Positions 12,743 to 25,178 are shown, counted from the stretch's first letter. The stretch is DNA of 64,000 nt from Octopus sinensis (GCF_006345805.1 NC_043000.1:61318001-61382000), one strand, 5' to 3'. Program-made: numbers and translations. Notes: generated by a model not told the origin, from the sequence alone.

Positions 12743-12895
12743 TGATCCTTCTGCATCATGTGTTTTATTTTATTTTGATCAATTTACTCCCACCACCTAC
12801 ACCACCAAACGTATACACATGTGCTTATAAATTATCAAGTACTCACCCCGAATTTCTCTATAGCATAGATATATATATATATATAATATATATAG

Positions 12896-12948
<53 letters not shown>

Positions 12949-13077
12949 ATATATATACATATATACATACATGCGAGGTCAGAGAGATATTCTTGGAATT
13001 TGCCTGTTGCAAGGAAACTCTCTCTTTCTAGCCACAAAATATTCTTCATTTTCTCTCCCTGTTTTCTTTCTGTGTTC

Positions 13078-13113
13078 CTTTCAGTGAAAGAGCGTAGGCT
13101 CGAAACGTAAAAG
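13078..13113 (+). ncRNA. Decayed minimal hammerhead motif of a further repeat family
   Basis: CTTT-CAGTGAAA-GAGC/GTAG/GCTC-GAAA-CG-TA-AAAG; helices intact, CUGANGA core mutated. Confidence 0.45.
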
Positions 13114-13328
13114 ACCTTTTCACTTCCCGAGCGTTAAACTAATACATCTGTTTTGTTATCTACACTACATGTCCTCGTCCTTTATTTTTTGTGTTTCCCC
13201 CACTATATATATGGAAAGAACAGAGAGAGAGAACAATATATGTATGCACATATATGTATATATATATGTGCATATCTGTATATATATATGTATATATATA
13301 TATAATATATATATTATATTATATATAC

Positions 13329-13424
<96 letters not shown>

Positions 13425-13468
13425 ATATATATATCTATACAATATGTTACAGACATTCTCGGTAGTCA

Positions 13469-13532
13469 AGATAAACCTCTGAGTTTCAGATGCCGAAGTG
13501 GAAATCCACAACACACCTCTCTTCGGTTATCT
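13469..13532 (-). ncRNA. Hammerhead-like motif of PLE-2 (C4 variant, cleavage triplet mutated)
   Basis: AGATAA-CCGAAGA-G-AGGTG..CATCT-GAAA-CTCAGAG-GT-TTATCT. Confidence 0.45.
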
Positions 13533-13613
13533 GGCTATTTGAAAACGTTTGAAAAAATAAAAACCGTTAAATAAAGGGAAATTACTCTGTTATAACTCTG
13601 CTTGCCTGCGTAC

Positions 13614-14823
13614 TTATACATCGCTCGCATTTTTCGTCATAAAATTATATAAAAATACATAAAAAATATATAAAAATATATAAAAATATATAAATTCTTC
13701 TTGGACATAACATAGAAAGCATGTTCTATCTTTTTCTTTAGGGGACCAAAAACGTAACAGAAACTTAGTCACATGTGGGCATGATCCGAAAAGCTCTGTC
13801 CTTGTATTAGACATGTAGTAGGGTCTAAGCTGCTTTTCAGATAAGCCATCTCTCCATGTCGCATGACCGCACCTTCCGCTGCCGTTAGTATAGGGCTTAC
13901 ATCTGGCCAAAATCTTCCATTGTATGTTATAATCGACACCTTTATCTCTTAAAGACCAAATTTGATTAGACAATTGTGTCGCTTTTCTTTGTTTCCGTGC
14001 CTAAAGCTCAAAGTGTGGTTATTGAACCTGGCCTTGAAATTACCCTCTGTAAGGCCCACGTATTTCTTCGTCGAAACGGTTGTCTTAGTGGTTATAGAGT
14101 TTACGGTAGCTTCAATATATGATGGTCTTGGACATGCAAGCTCCATTTAGCGGGCACAATTCTTTATTCTTGCATGAACAGCTGTTTTCTTCTTGTGTTT
14201 TTTGTATGTTATGTTTGATTATGTTTTTAAAATTGGTAGTTGAACTAAAACTAATTTTTAAATTGTGTCTATTGAAGAGTTTCCTATAAGTATGGTTAAC
14301 TGGAAAATGTCAATCTATCAGTGCTAGAAATATTTACCTATATTGAAGGCCACCTCGGGTGAGTAAGGGGGGCGTAACCAGATGACCTTCCTATTTCTAT
14401 TATTCCTTTTCTTTACTGTTGGGCTAGTGATAGGTGTATATTTTATTTTATCGCTAAAACCACTATCTTTTAAAGCCTTATTATAAACTGGGGCAACGCT
14501 ATTGAAGATGTCCTCATCAGATGAGAGGCTAGAAATCCTCTTACTAATATTTTTAACTAAATTTTTGAATACTATAGGGGGATGGCATGAACCTACATTA
14601 ATATAACTTAGTCTATCATTGGGCTTCCTATAAGGCTTATAAATATTCTTATTAAGATCTAAGGAAACGTCTAAGAAATTGACAACCGTCAAGTTAATAT
14701 CTATAGTTATACTAAGTCCGAAGTGCTTCATTAACTGGATAATATCCTTCCTAAAACGATCTTGTGCTGGTCCATTTGTATTAGCTGTTAAGGCGAGGGC
14801 ATCATCTTTGTAGATAGCGAAAT
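13614..14823 (-). pseudogene. PLE-2 RT (YKDD), Cys linker and GIY-YIG, frameshifted
   Basis: FAIYKDDALAL..MKHFGLSITI..VNFLDVSLDL..YKPYRKPND..YINVGSCHPP; CSCKNKELCPLNGAC; KYVGLTEGNFKARFNNH..QWKILARCKPY..GSCPH. Confidence 0.92.
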
Positions 14824-15458
14824 GTAGTTATATTAATGTAGGTTCATGCCATCCCCCTATAGTATTCAAAAATTTAGTTAAAAATATTAGTAAGAGGATT
14901 TCTAGCCTCTCATCTGATGAGGACATCTTCAATAGCGTTGCCCCAGTTTATAATAAGGCTTTAAAAGATAGTGGTTTTAGCGATAAAATAAAATATAATA
15001 AAATACGTGGGCCTTACAGAGGGTAATTTCAAGGCCAGGTTCAATAACCACACTTTGAGCTTTAGGCACTGGTACAAAAGAAAAGCGACACAATTGTCTA
15101 ATCATATTTGGTCTTTAAGAGATAAAGGTGTCGATTATAACATACAATGGAAGATTTTGGCCAGATGTAAGCCCTATACTAACGGCAGCGGAAGGTGCGT
15201 TCTATGCGACATGGAGAGATGGCTTATCTGGAAAGCAGCTTAGACCCTACTACATGTCTAAATACAAGGACAGAGCTTTTCGGATCATGCCCACATGTGA
15301 CTAAGTTTCTGTTACGTTTTGGTCCCCTAAAGAAAACAGATAGAACATGCTTTCTATGTTATGTCCCAAGAAGAATTTATATATTTTTATATATTTTTTA
15401 TATATTTTTTATGTATTTTTATATAATTTTTATGACGAAAAATGCGAGCGATGTATAA
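14824..15458 (+). pseudogene. PLE-2 inverted arm: RT-thumb fragment fused to GIY-YIG after a ~370 bp deletion
   Basis: SYINVGSCHPP..SGFSDKIK joined directly to KYVGLTEGNF..RCVLC..LNTRTELFGSCPH. Confidence 0.88.
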
Positions 15459-15530
15459 GTACGCGATGTATAAGTAACAGAGTAATTTCCCTTTATTTAA
15501 CGGTATTTTTCATAACGTTTTCAAATAGCC

Positions 15531-15593
15531 AGATAACCGAAGAGATGGTGTTGTGGATTTCCACTTCGGCATCTGAAACTCAGAGTTTTATCT
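15531..15593 (+). ncRNA. Hammerhead-like motif of PLE-2 (C4 variant, GUU triplet)
   Basis: AGATAA-CCGAAGA-GATG..CATC-T-GAAA-CTCAGAG-TT-TTATCT; 6 bp helix I. Confidence 0.55.
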
Positions 15594-15691
15594 TGACTAT
15601 CGAGTAATGTAACATATTGTATAGATAAATTTCCTCTATTTACATAATATTGAGGTCTCTTTCTTTCTTTTGTTATCTTACCGTTTTATCA

Positions 15692-15722
<31 letters not shown>

Positions 15723-16068
15723 TATGTATATGTATGTATATGTGTATGTATATTGTATATATGTATATATATGTATAGATATATGTGTAATACATATATA
15801 TTGTATATATTATGTATATGTATATGTCTAATATGTGTATATATATATATGTTTTATATATATATATATATTATATTATATATATATATATATATATTGT
15901 ATTTATATGTGTATACATATATATATATAAATAAATGTATATATATTAATGTACATACGTATATATGTGTATACATACATAAATATAGATATGTTAGCGT
16001 GCATATATACCCATTACTCTCTCTCTCTCTGTTTCTATATATATATATATATATATGAAGAGAGGAGA

Positions 16069-16125
<57 letters not shown>

Positions 16126-16199
16126 TAGTGGGTGAGGGTTAAGTAGAGGAATTTAAGGTTAGAAGGCTAAAAGAATCAACATCAAAAGTAGTTTAGAAT

Positions 16200-16620
16200 A
16201 TAATAGCTATGCGAAAATCTTTGCAATTGAATTGTGTTGCTTCGTCATCTAAGAGTTTTCTCAAAGGATGATGAACTACTACGCTGGAAACTCTTAAAAG
16301 CTATAAAGAATAGGTTACTAAAGGCATTGAAAGTAGACACTATCTTTTGAAAGTTACAATATAGACGTACAAGTTTAGTAATAAATAAATCCAAGGTCGT
16401 AATATATGAAAGAAATCACCAAAACCAAATAATTATCACATTACCGTAAGTCGGACAATGAAGATGTCATCATCAATGAACTACCACGCAACATAAACGC
16501 AATGTAAATATCGGTCAAAAGAAAAAAAAACCCCAGCATAAAAGAACATGAAAGAACCACAATGGCTTAAGTCAATTAAGTTATTAATGAACTAAAGACC
16601 AAATTTAGTGTGTTTTTAGT
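16200..16620 (+). pseudogene. Possible highly decayed PLE coding relic
   Basis: Only short motifs: IITLP*VG (LPYVG-like), ATCGGTCAA (IGQ) and IKEH, in the expected order. Confidence 0.3.
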
Positions 16621-16932
16621 GTGTTCTTAAACATTTGTTCGTTCTAAATAAACAAACATTATGAGGAAATGAGATAATGAGTTGATTATATAAATATATA
16701 TATATATATATTATATAATATATATATATATATATGTTATGTAAATATATGTATGTATATATATATTATATATATATATATGTTATATATATATATATAA
16801 TGTATATTATATGTATATATATATATATATAATATATATTATTATATATATATAATAATATATATATATATATAATATTATATGTATATGTATAATATAA
16901 TATATGTATTATATATATGATATATTGTATAA

Positions 16933-16980
<48 letters not shown>

Positions 16981-17752
16981 GTTTATGTGAAATAGAAAGA
17001 TGAATAATCTTGTTTGTAATTAATCAAAAGTTAACCGATACCTTAGTAGCAATTCACCAATAATGTTTTATATATATATATGTATATATATAGTATATGT
17101 ATATATATATATATATGTAATATGTATATATATGTATATAATATGTATTATATAATGTATATATATGTATATATATATGTATATATATATGTATATATAT
17201 ATATATATGTATGTATATATATATATTTGTATATATATATATATATATGTATATATAAATCTATATATGTATGTTATATATATGTATATATATACATGTG
17301 TGTGTGTGTATACACACATATATATATTTACATGTGTATGTTTGTGTGTATACTCGCTCTATTATGCGTTTATATGCATTCCTGTAGATGACAATGATAA
17401 TAATGATAACAATAATAATAATAATAACAATAATAATAATGAACTATGTAAATATATGTACAGACACACTCACACACATAGTTGTCTTAAAATTTGCGTG
17501 TGAGAAGCAAAAAAGCACTCGTACATAAAGTAGTACAGTATATACATATATATATATCTGAGTGTGTGTGCAATCATGTGTGTTTTTGTGTGTGTATCTA
17601 TGTATGTATTTATATCTACCTACACATACATACTATATAACTATGTATGTTCTATGTATGTATTTATATCTACCTACACATACATACTATATAACTATAT
17701 ATATTATATATATATATAATTTTAATCCAAACGGGAAACATATATGTATGTA

Positions 17753-17792
<40 letters not shown>

Positions 17793-20207
17793 TGTGTGTG
17801 TGTGTACTGCGGCACAACTTTTTCGCAGCTGTGATGTTCAGGCGAGAACTATTACTGAGTGTTGGTGATATTTTCATATCGTTCTGTTTGTTTACTTTTG
17901 TTCATTGTATATCTATTATATGTAAATATTTATGTGTGTGGGGGTGCATGCATGTATGTATATTGAACGCAATGTAAATAAAATTATGTCTCTGGCGGAA
18001 AGCATGTATTTCTTTATTCTATTCACAAGTAAAATAACCAGTTTTAACAGTATCAGCAGAAAGGGAGAGAAGCCTTTTGTTAAACCGTAACACTCTCTAT
18101 ATGAAATATTACCTACCAATAAACAGAGATTTTTCATAAATAACTGCACGCTTTAAAAACGATACACTAGAACTAAGCTGATGCTCTAAGGTGGTATAAT
18201 ATCTAAATAATATTTTGCGTTATCACTAAGAAAGATTATGTAGTTCAATCTTCTTTATCGCCCGTAAGTTTCTTTCCCCAGGCCAAACCTTTTACAAAAC
18301 AACCTCCCTCTTTCAATAAAAATTCTATAGATTTCCTTATTCTGTGGTGGCTAACGTCCCATAATCTTTATCTAACGTGGATTTTGTATTTATTTCTCAA
18401 TCCAGGGTTTAAAATCTTCCAATGGATTTTACCAGAAATAATATCATTTAGTCAGTAGATGTATTTTGAAGTGCTTCTTTACTGAGGTAGGTTAAAACAA
18501 ACACTAGTTATAGACCATAAATCTTTGGATTAAGTTCTAATTTTCCCAAATTCTGCCGCATTCAACATGGGTACACTATTCGTTATTAAGGACAAATGCT
18601 TGTTTAGAAACTTGTACGCAATAGCACTATCTACGACGTTGTATGGATAAAAAAAAAATTGATTCTAAACTTTACCTTATTCAACGAAGTCATGGTTACT
18701 CAGAATTTTTGAATCTTAAGACAATATTTTTCGATCTCTTTATTGCTTAAGTGGATTGAGGTTACATACTTCTCTTAAACGTTTCAAGTGACTCAAATAT
18801 TTAAAATCCCCCACAAGTTACATCGTCCAACAAACACATTAACCAACGAAAGTTTAACCTTTAATTAACTTATGTCTTTCAAAATAACAGTTTTCGAAAT
18901 GCTTGAGCCAACTGAAATGCAATACTTGAAATTCATCCTTTTTAATGGGCCTATCTGCTTCAATGCAGTCAATTCCCATTTCCATTCTTTCCCTTCATTA
19001 ACAGTCTATATATTTTCTCTCTTAGTACTATTCTCCTCCCTTTTTCTTCTCCATCTTTCAACATATAAAAATTATATACGTTCGCTTAAACAGTTTTATT
19101 AGCTCAGGCTTACTCTGTTAAATGCGACGTTTTATTTTCTAGATTTAATTAGCGAGCCGTTTTTGTAAAGACAATACACTTAACTAATTTTAGTCCAACC
19201 AGTTTAAAAAAACCCAAAAAATCCTTAAACGAATCTGTTTTCATCTTAATATTTTAAATTTGCTCGTTTTGATATCCCAGTCCCAGTAGATAAACACCTC
19301 ATTTTTATTTTACTTCTTCCTGTATCTTTTTCCCCCACTGTCATTGTTTCATCTCTATTCCACTGTTCTGTCATAATCATATACACGTATATGCATTTGT
19401 GCCTATGTTTGTATACATACATAGATACATATATATGCATTGGTATATGTACATATATGCATTTATAAATAATCATATATACATAACACACACATATATA
19501 TATATAATATATATATATAAATACATACATACATTTATACGTACCTGTATTTGCATTCCACGATACAAATATATGGATACGTGTGCGGCGTGTGTGAGAG
19601 TGGGTGTGTGCGTGTGTGCGGGTGTATCCCTGTGTATGTGTGTTTCTGTGCGTGGGTGTATAAGAAAATTTTGCTTTCTAAAAGCTTTCCACCATTGTGT
19701 ATGAGAAACACCATGTAGCGAACCGAAATTTGACCTAGTTTCTTCAGAAAAACAACTTGGAACATTTTTTATTACTTTGTTTTTGTTATTTTTCTCACCT
19801 CCGTTATATATATTCCTAGTTTTGTACACGTGCTTCTGAAAATATCAATGAAATCCTAAGAATGGTTACAAAAAAAGCAGATAAATGAATAAGTAAGATA
19901 GTTTTTCTTTAATCTCGATACTGCCTTAAACTTTTTCCTGTATCTCTTGGTTTTAATTATTCATCATGTAAAAAATATATCTGTTCTTTGTCATTTTATA
20001 TATATATATATATATATCCACACACACACACAGACATGCACAAACACAGATACTCGCACACACACACGCACACACACAATCACGTACACACGCATATATA
20101 TATATACATGCTTGCATATGTATCATTCCGTCAGCCTGTTTGTCTCTCTCTTCCCTCTATCTCTCCCTCTCTTTTCCCTCTCTCTCTCCCTCTCTCTCTA
20201 TATATGT

Positions 20208-20294
<87 letters not shown>

Positions 20295-20479
20295 GTATGC
20301 ATACATATGTATATATATATAGCTCTGGTTCAGACTGTGCTTCACTAATACGGGTAAGGCACATATAAAGAACGTAAATTTTGTAGGCAGTTATTTTGTA
20401 AACACAGACAACAATCGCAGTAGCAAGATCTCCAAAAGAAAACCTTTTAAAGTCATCTACATCAACACCAACAATATGA

Positions 20480-20810
20480 AGATCACTCATAAGCCTTTTA
20501 AATGTACAGTATCACTATAGGAATACTGGAACATGTGTACTGCAGCGGGTATGAAACTTTGGGACGATTTTGTGAAGTTGAAGCATCTTTAACCAACCAT
20601 TACACTCCAGGTAATCTAACACTAGGGAAGCTGAATGAGTACAATACTGCCTTTAACATCAGCTGGAAGACTTTAGATCGAAGTAGGTTATAAAGAAACA
20701 AGACCAAGAGTTGTCATCTATGTACAGGTGAAAAGTGCATAACTTCATGAACTTGGATATCTCAATGAAGAAGTTTATTTTGCGTAGTGCCCTCACTCTG
20801 ACAAGCAGTA
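20480..20810 (+). pseudogene. Degenerate GIY-YIG endonuclease relic of the PLE-2 type
   Basis: TNHY..LNEYNTAFNISWKTLDRSRL*RNKTKSCHLCTGEKCI..CPH parallels HIWSLRDKGVDYNIQWKILARCKPYTNGSGRCVLC..CPH of PLE-2. Confidence 0.7.
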
Positions 20811-21888
20811 GAAATCAGTGGAAGTCCCACCCATATGAAACTATTCCATAGTGTTGCAAACATTAATCAACGTCAGTACTCACAATGGCCTCTCACTCCA
20901 CTGTATTATTTGAAAAAATTGTCATTCTTGTACAGGCAAAAATGTGCATGTCCTCATGGACCTCAAAGAATTATTTAAACACAAAAGCAGTTTGTTTTAT
21001 ATGGTGCCCTTATTTTGACAAGTACATTCTCAGTAGGTGGCAATTCCACCCACACTAGTCTATTCGATAGTGTTGCGAACATTACTCACCTTCCCTACTA
21101 ATTATACGTTCCCGCTTCCACTTATTTCTTGATGCGTTTCTTCTCATATTCCGCATTGATATCCACATACTTCTCGTTACTATTACATACACGATTTAAA
21201 AAGAAATATGTATTCACCTTGACATAATACACTAATTCGTTCGGTCTTCATATTTCTTTTGACATATCCGTCACACACGCATGCATTTTGTGAATATATG
21301 AACCGCACGCATTTTTTTTTTTTCATTTACCTTCCCTGATTCTATTTTTAATATATTTCACTGTTGTCGGTGGAATCATTGCTTTAGCTATTTCTAATCT
21401 TCATCAACATAGTCGGCGTTTTTTATAGTCCCCATGAAGGATATTGCGACTATAATAATGATGATAATGATGCGATCATCATCATCATCATTGCGTTGTC
21501 GTCATTGTTGTCAACGTGGCTGACATAAACCTTGTATCATATCTGATTAAAAACACGTCACACATCATATCTGTATATTGTCCCATATACTGCACGACAA
21601 GCTGACGAAAGATCCTCTATGTAGCCATACCTGGAATACTTTAATCAAATTGTCCTTGATTCGCGATGACACGAAGCTATGCAGTATGTGTGTGTGTGTT
21701 CACACATTATATATATATATATATATATATAGATATATATTTGATTTGAAAACCCCACTAGAATGGGAGAAAGCGCTAATGATCTGAATGATATGATCTG
21801 AATGATATGATATATATATGTAAAAAATGTAATATATAAATAAATATCTGTAAATATGAACCATCCGATCTTCTGATTACCTCATTTC

Positions 21889-21968
<80 letters not shown>

Positions 21969-21975
21969 ATGTATA

Positions 21976-22055
<80 letters not shown>

Positions 22056-22100
22056 TTATATATATATATATAATATATATATATTTTTTATATATATATA

Positions 22101-22132
<32 letters not shown>

Positions 22133-22145
22133 GTATTTAAAAGCA

Positions 22146-22540
22146 GTCGTGACTGTGTGGTAAGAAACTTGTTTCCCAACCGCATAGTTCCGAGTTCAGT
22201 CCCACTGCGCAGCACCTAGGACCAGTGTCTTCTACGAAATCCTCAGTCCGACCAAAGCCGCATGAGCTGATTTAGTGGACAGAAACTGAAAGAAACCCGT
22301 CGTATATATATATGTCTGTTTGACTTTGTGTCTGTGTTTAGACCGCCCCCCCCACCATTAACACTTGACAACCGGTATTAGTGTGTTAACGCCCCCGTAA
22401 CTTAACGGTTCAGCAAAATAAACTGATACAAGTACGAGCCTTAAAGATAAGACCTGGGGTAGATTTGTCCGACGAAAATCCCTCAAGGCGGTGGTCCAGT
22501 ATGGCCGCGGGCAAATAACTGAAACAAGTACGGTAAAAGA
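22146..22540 (+). mobile_element. Full-length tRNA-derived SINE with central microsatellite
   Basis: Head TGTGTGGTAAGAA..GAGTTCAGTCCC (A/B-box-like); body TTGACAACCG..CCCCGTAACTTAACGGTTC; tail ACTGAAACAAGTA..AAAAGA; several homologous copies in the window. Confidence 0.85.
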
Positions 22541-22696
22541 ATTTACATACACACACACATATATTTACATAACAACACACACACACATATATATATACAC
22601 TATATATATATGCAATATATATATATATATATTCCGCACACACATACATTCATGCATACATGAATAAAGGAATACATACATATATGTATACACACA

Positions 22697-22739
<43 letters not shown>

Positions 22740-22965
22740 ACACATGGCTCTTTCCTTGTTGAAAGTGAACTACATAAAATAATCACTTCTGGAAATATTG
22801 AATATGTAAATTTCTGTTTTCATTGTTTAAAGTCTTTTGTAGTTTTAATAACAACTGTTATTTTAATATCTTTCAATGCATATTTCTCTCTATGTTGTTG
22901 CTTAGCTGCAATCAGCGCTGTATGGCTATCCTTATAATCAAAAACATTCAAGCCGTTACTCTATT

Positions 22966-23340
22966 TTACTCTTTATCCCTTTATTTGTTTCAGTCATTTG
23001 ACTGTGGCCATGCTGGACCACCGCCTTGAGTCGAGAAATCGACACCAGGACTTATTCTTTGTTAGCCTAGTACTTATTCTAGTCTCTTTTGCCGAACCGC
23101 TAAGTTACGGGTACGTAAACACACTAGAATCGGTTGTCAAACACAGACATACAAACATATACATATACACACACATACATATATATATACATATATACGA
23201 TGGTCAGCCAAATCCACTCACAAAGCTTTGGTCGGCCTGAGGCTATAGTAGAAGACACTTGCCCAAGGTGCCACGCAGTGGGACTGAACCCGGAACCATG
23301 TGGTTTGGTAAGCAAGCTATTTACCACACAGCCACTCCTA
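22966..23340 (-). mobile_element. Full-length SINE of the same family, opposite orientation
   Basis: Minus strand GGAGTGGCTGTGTGGTAAATAGC..GGTTCAGTCCCACTGCGTGGCACCTTGGGCAAG..TGACTGAAACAAATAAAG. Confidence 0.9.
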
Positions 23341-24281
23341 CACCTATACTATAATATGTGAAAGATTACCCTATCCGTCTTTGCTTACGACAGTAATGTT
23401 AAGGTAGATTGGTTGTTCATTGTAGCAGGTTTAACGACCACATGCAGGTCCTCGTTTGGGTTCTATGTGTTATATTATCAGATGGAAGACTTTGCAAATG
23501 ATATGCGTCAGTTAAGCAGCTCAACTCATTCATCATGTTCTACCTAAGTCTTTCTGAAGCATAATTATTAAACATTTGTTATATTAAAAACGGTATTTAA
23601 AATGTGCCATGGAATTGTATAAAAATAATAAGCAAATAACCGGTGGTGATGGAATAAATGATAACTCTCGTCGACGATGACGACAGTGATGCCAACAGCT
23701 ATTGTTTCATAAAAAACAAAAACTCAAAACAAAAACAAAGATAAAACCAAACAAGTCAAATGATTTTCATGACTATGTACAACAGTGAAATCCGATACGA
23801 ATTCAAACGGTCCTTGGGTACCTCATTAATGATAATTTTCTTTGCTCAATGGCTAATTTGCAAGGACGAAAAATAAATAATTAAGGGGACAGAACTTGAC
23901 GGTTATCGCTTGCCTAAGAAAATTTGTAGTCTATCTAAATTTAAATTCCTAAAGCCGAGATTCTAAAACAAGATATTTTACTTGATGTTTTACTTGAAGA
24001 TTAAGATATATATTGTGATCAATAGGCAAAAGATATTGTATATTGGATGCAAAACAAATTGTAAATTCATTCCATCATAATCAAAACTGACGGAATAACA
24101 CTTGACATTTTAAAATACCTTCTTTACTAGCCTTCTAGATATAAGTGGTTGAGTACAGGCCGTATATTGAGGTAGTTAGTGAATATAGTTGAATAGATAA
24201 ACTACTGAAGTAATGCAGGTAAATTAAGCCATTTTTCCTGAGAAGGTATTACTAATACCTTTAATTCCAACCTTCATATGC

Positions 24282-25178
24282 CTAGTAACATATAACAAAT
24301 TTATGTCTGGCTTTCATTGGTAACTTAAATTGATGGTGGAAATGTGTCATGAAGCTGTTAGAAGCTGGATGGTAAACGATAATACGGGTTGATTGCAAGC
24401 CTAATAATAGTGTCAGTGCCACCGAAAGATTGGACTCAAATTGCTGCTTGTTATCATTTGCTGGGAAAAAGTAGTACCTTAAAAGGTCCCCAGTAACCAT
24501 TTTAGCTGTGAAGAGGGTTTGTGGAATAACATCGGGCTTCCTGGTATACTAGGAGCGCATATAACCACATCCATAATAAGATATGGTAGGTAGTAATTCG
24601 TGGAGATAGATATAGGCAAGTAATCCAGGGTGAAGCTGCTATTTTAACTCTAGACTTCCTGTCCTACGTCATGGAGGAAAACAAGCTTTTATTCAAATTC
24701 GTTGAGTATAAATGGTGTTGCGATTACCGATTTGAAATGTTATCTTGTTGTAAGCCTTAACAAAATCTATTCTGAGGAAAACCAAATGGGGCACCGAGAA
24801 ATTTTCTGGAATATTACTGGTGTCGAATACCCGATAGTGATTGCAAGGGTGTTTTGAAAACCATATGTAAAACTAAGTTATTTGCAACTGAGAAGGTGAG
24901 TTATGTTGGGAGGTGGAGTTATGAATACACTTTAGCTTCATCCTGGCAATTTCCAGATGAACCTTTGTATGTCGCCCCGGTCTAATTGTAGAGACGGCTT
25001 GTCGTAGTGCTACAGGTCTCACATGTGCTATCGACGGCCAACGTAAAGAAATATCCACCAATCTTTCAATCAGTACATCTAATTGCTGAAAGAAGATACC
25101 TTTAAAGCAATGATGTACTGAGTATTTGTTGGATGGTGTTGAAGGAATTGTTGTTTGAAAATAGTCATCTTTACTCAA
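24282..25178 (-). pseudogene. Highly degenerate Ty3/Gypsy pol fragment (RT N-half and integrase core)
   Basis: PCNHYRVFDTSNIPENFSVPHL..RIDFVKAYNKI resembles PCGDYR..PDRYP..KIDLVKAY; QQFESNL..LLG..YHPASNSFMTHFHHQFK resembles QFES..LLG..YHPQSNGLVERFHRQLK. Confidence 0.65.

Larger units (their letters stand above)
9777..12772 (+). mobile_element. PLE-3: non-autonomous Penelope-derived locus with three terminal-repeat copies (9777-9927 +, 10173-10410 -, 12536-12772 +)
   Basis: 10173-10410 is the reverse complement of 12536-12772; 9777-9927 is a direct partial copy; a GIY-YIG remnant follows the inverted copy, then ~1.8 kb of non-coding, simple-repeat-rich sequence. Confidence 0.85.
13432..15626. 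mobile_element. PLE-2: head-to-head fold-back Penelope-like element (minus arm 13432-14823, plus arm 14824-15626)
   Basis: 13432-14066 mirrors 15001-15626 and 14438-14612 mirrors 14824-14998; (TA)n-rich flanks. Confidence 0.92.

Noticed and set aside
14112-14114. TGA after TIIY in the PLE-2 linker as possible selenocysteine
   Set aside because: It results from a 1 nt insertion (restoring gives IYEATV) and is not at a Cys position.
14914-14921. CTGATGAG hammerhead-like core
   Set aside because: It lies in RT coding sequence (SSDEDI), with no helix II or GAAA following.
19799-19835. 37 nt minus-strand micro-exon candidate (TTTTCAG / GAG|GTGAGA)
   Set aside because: Two open frames and no linkable neighbours, so it cannot be supported.
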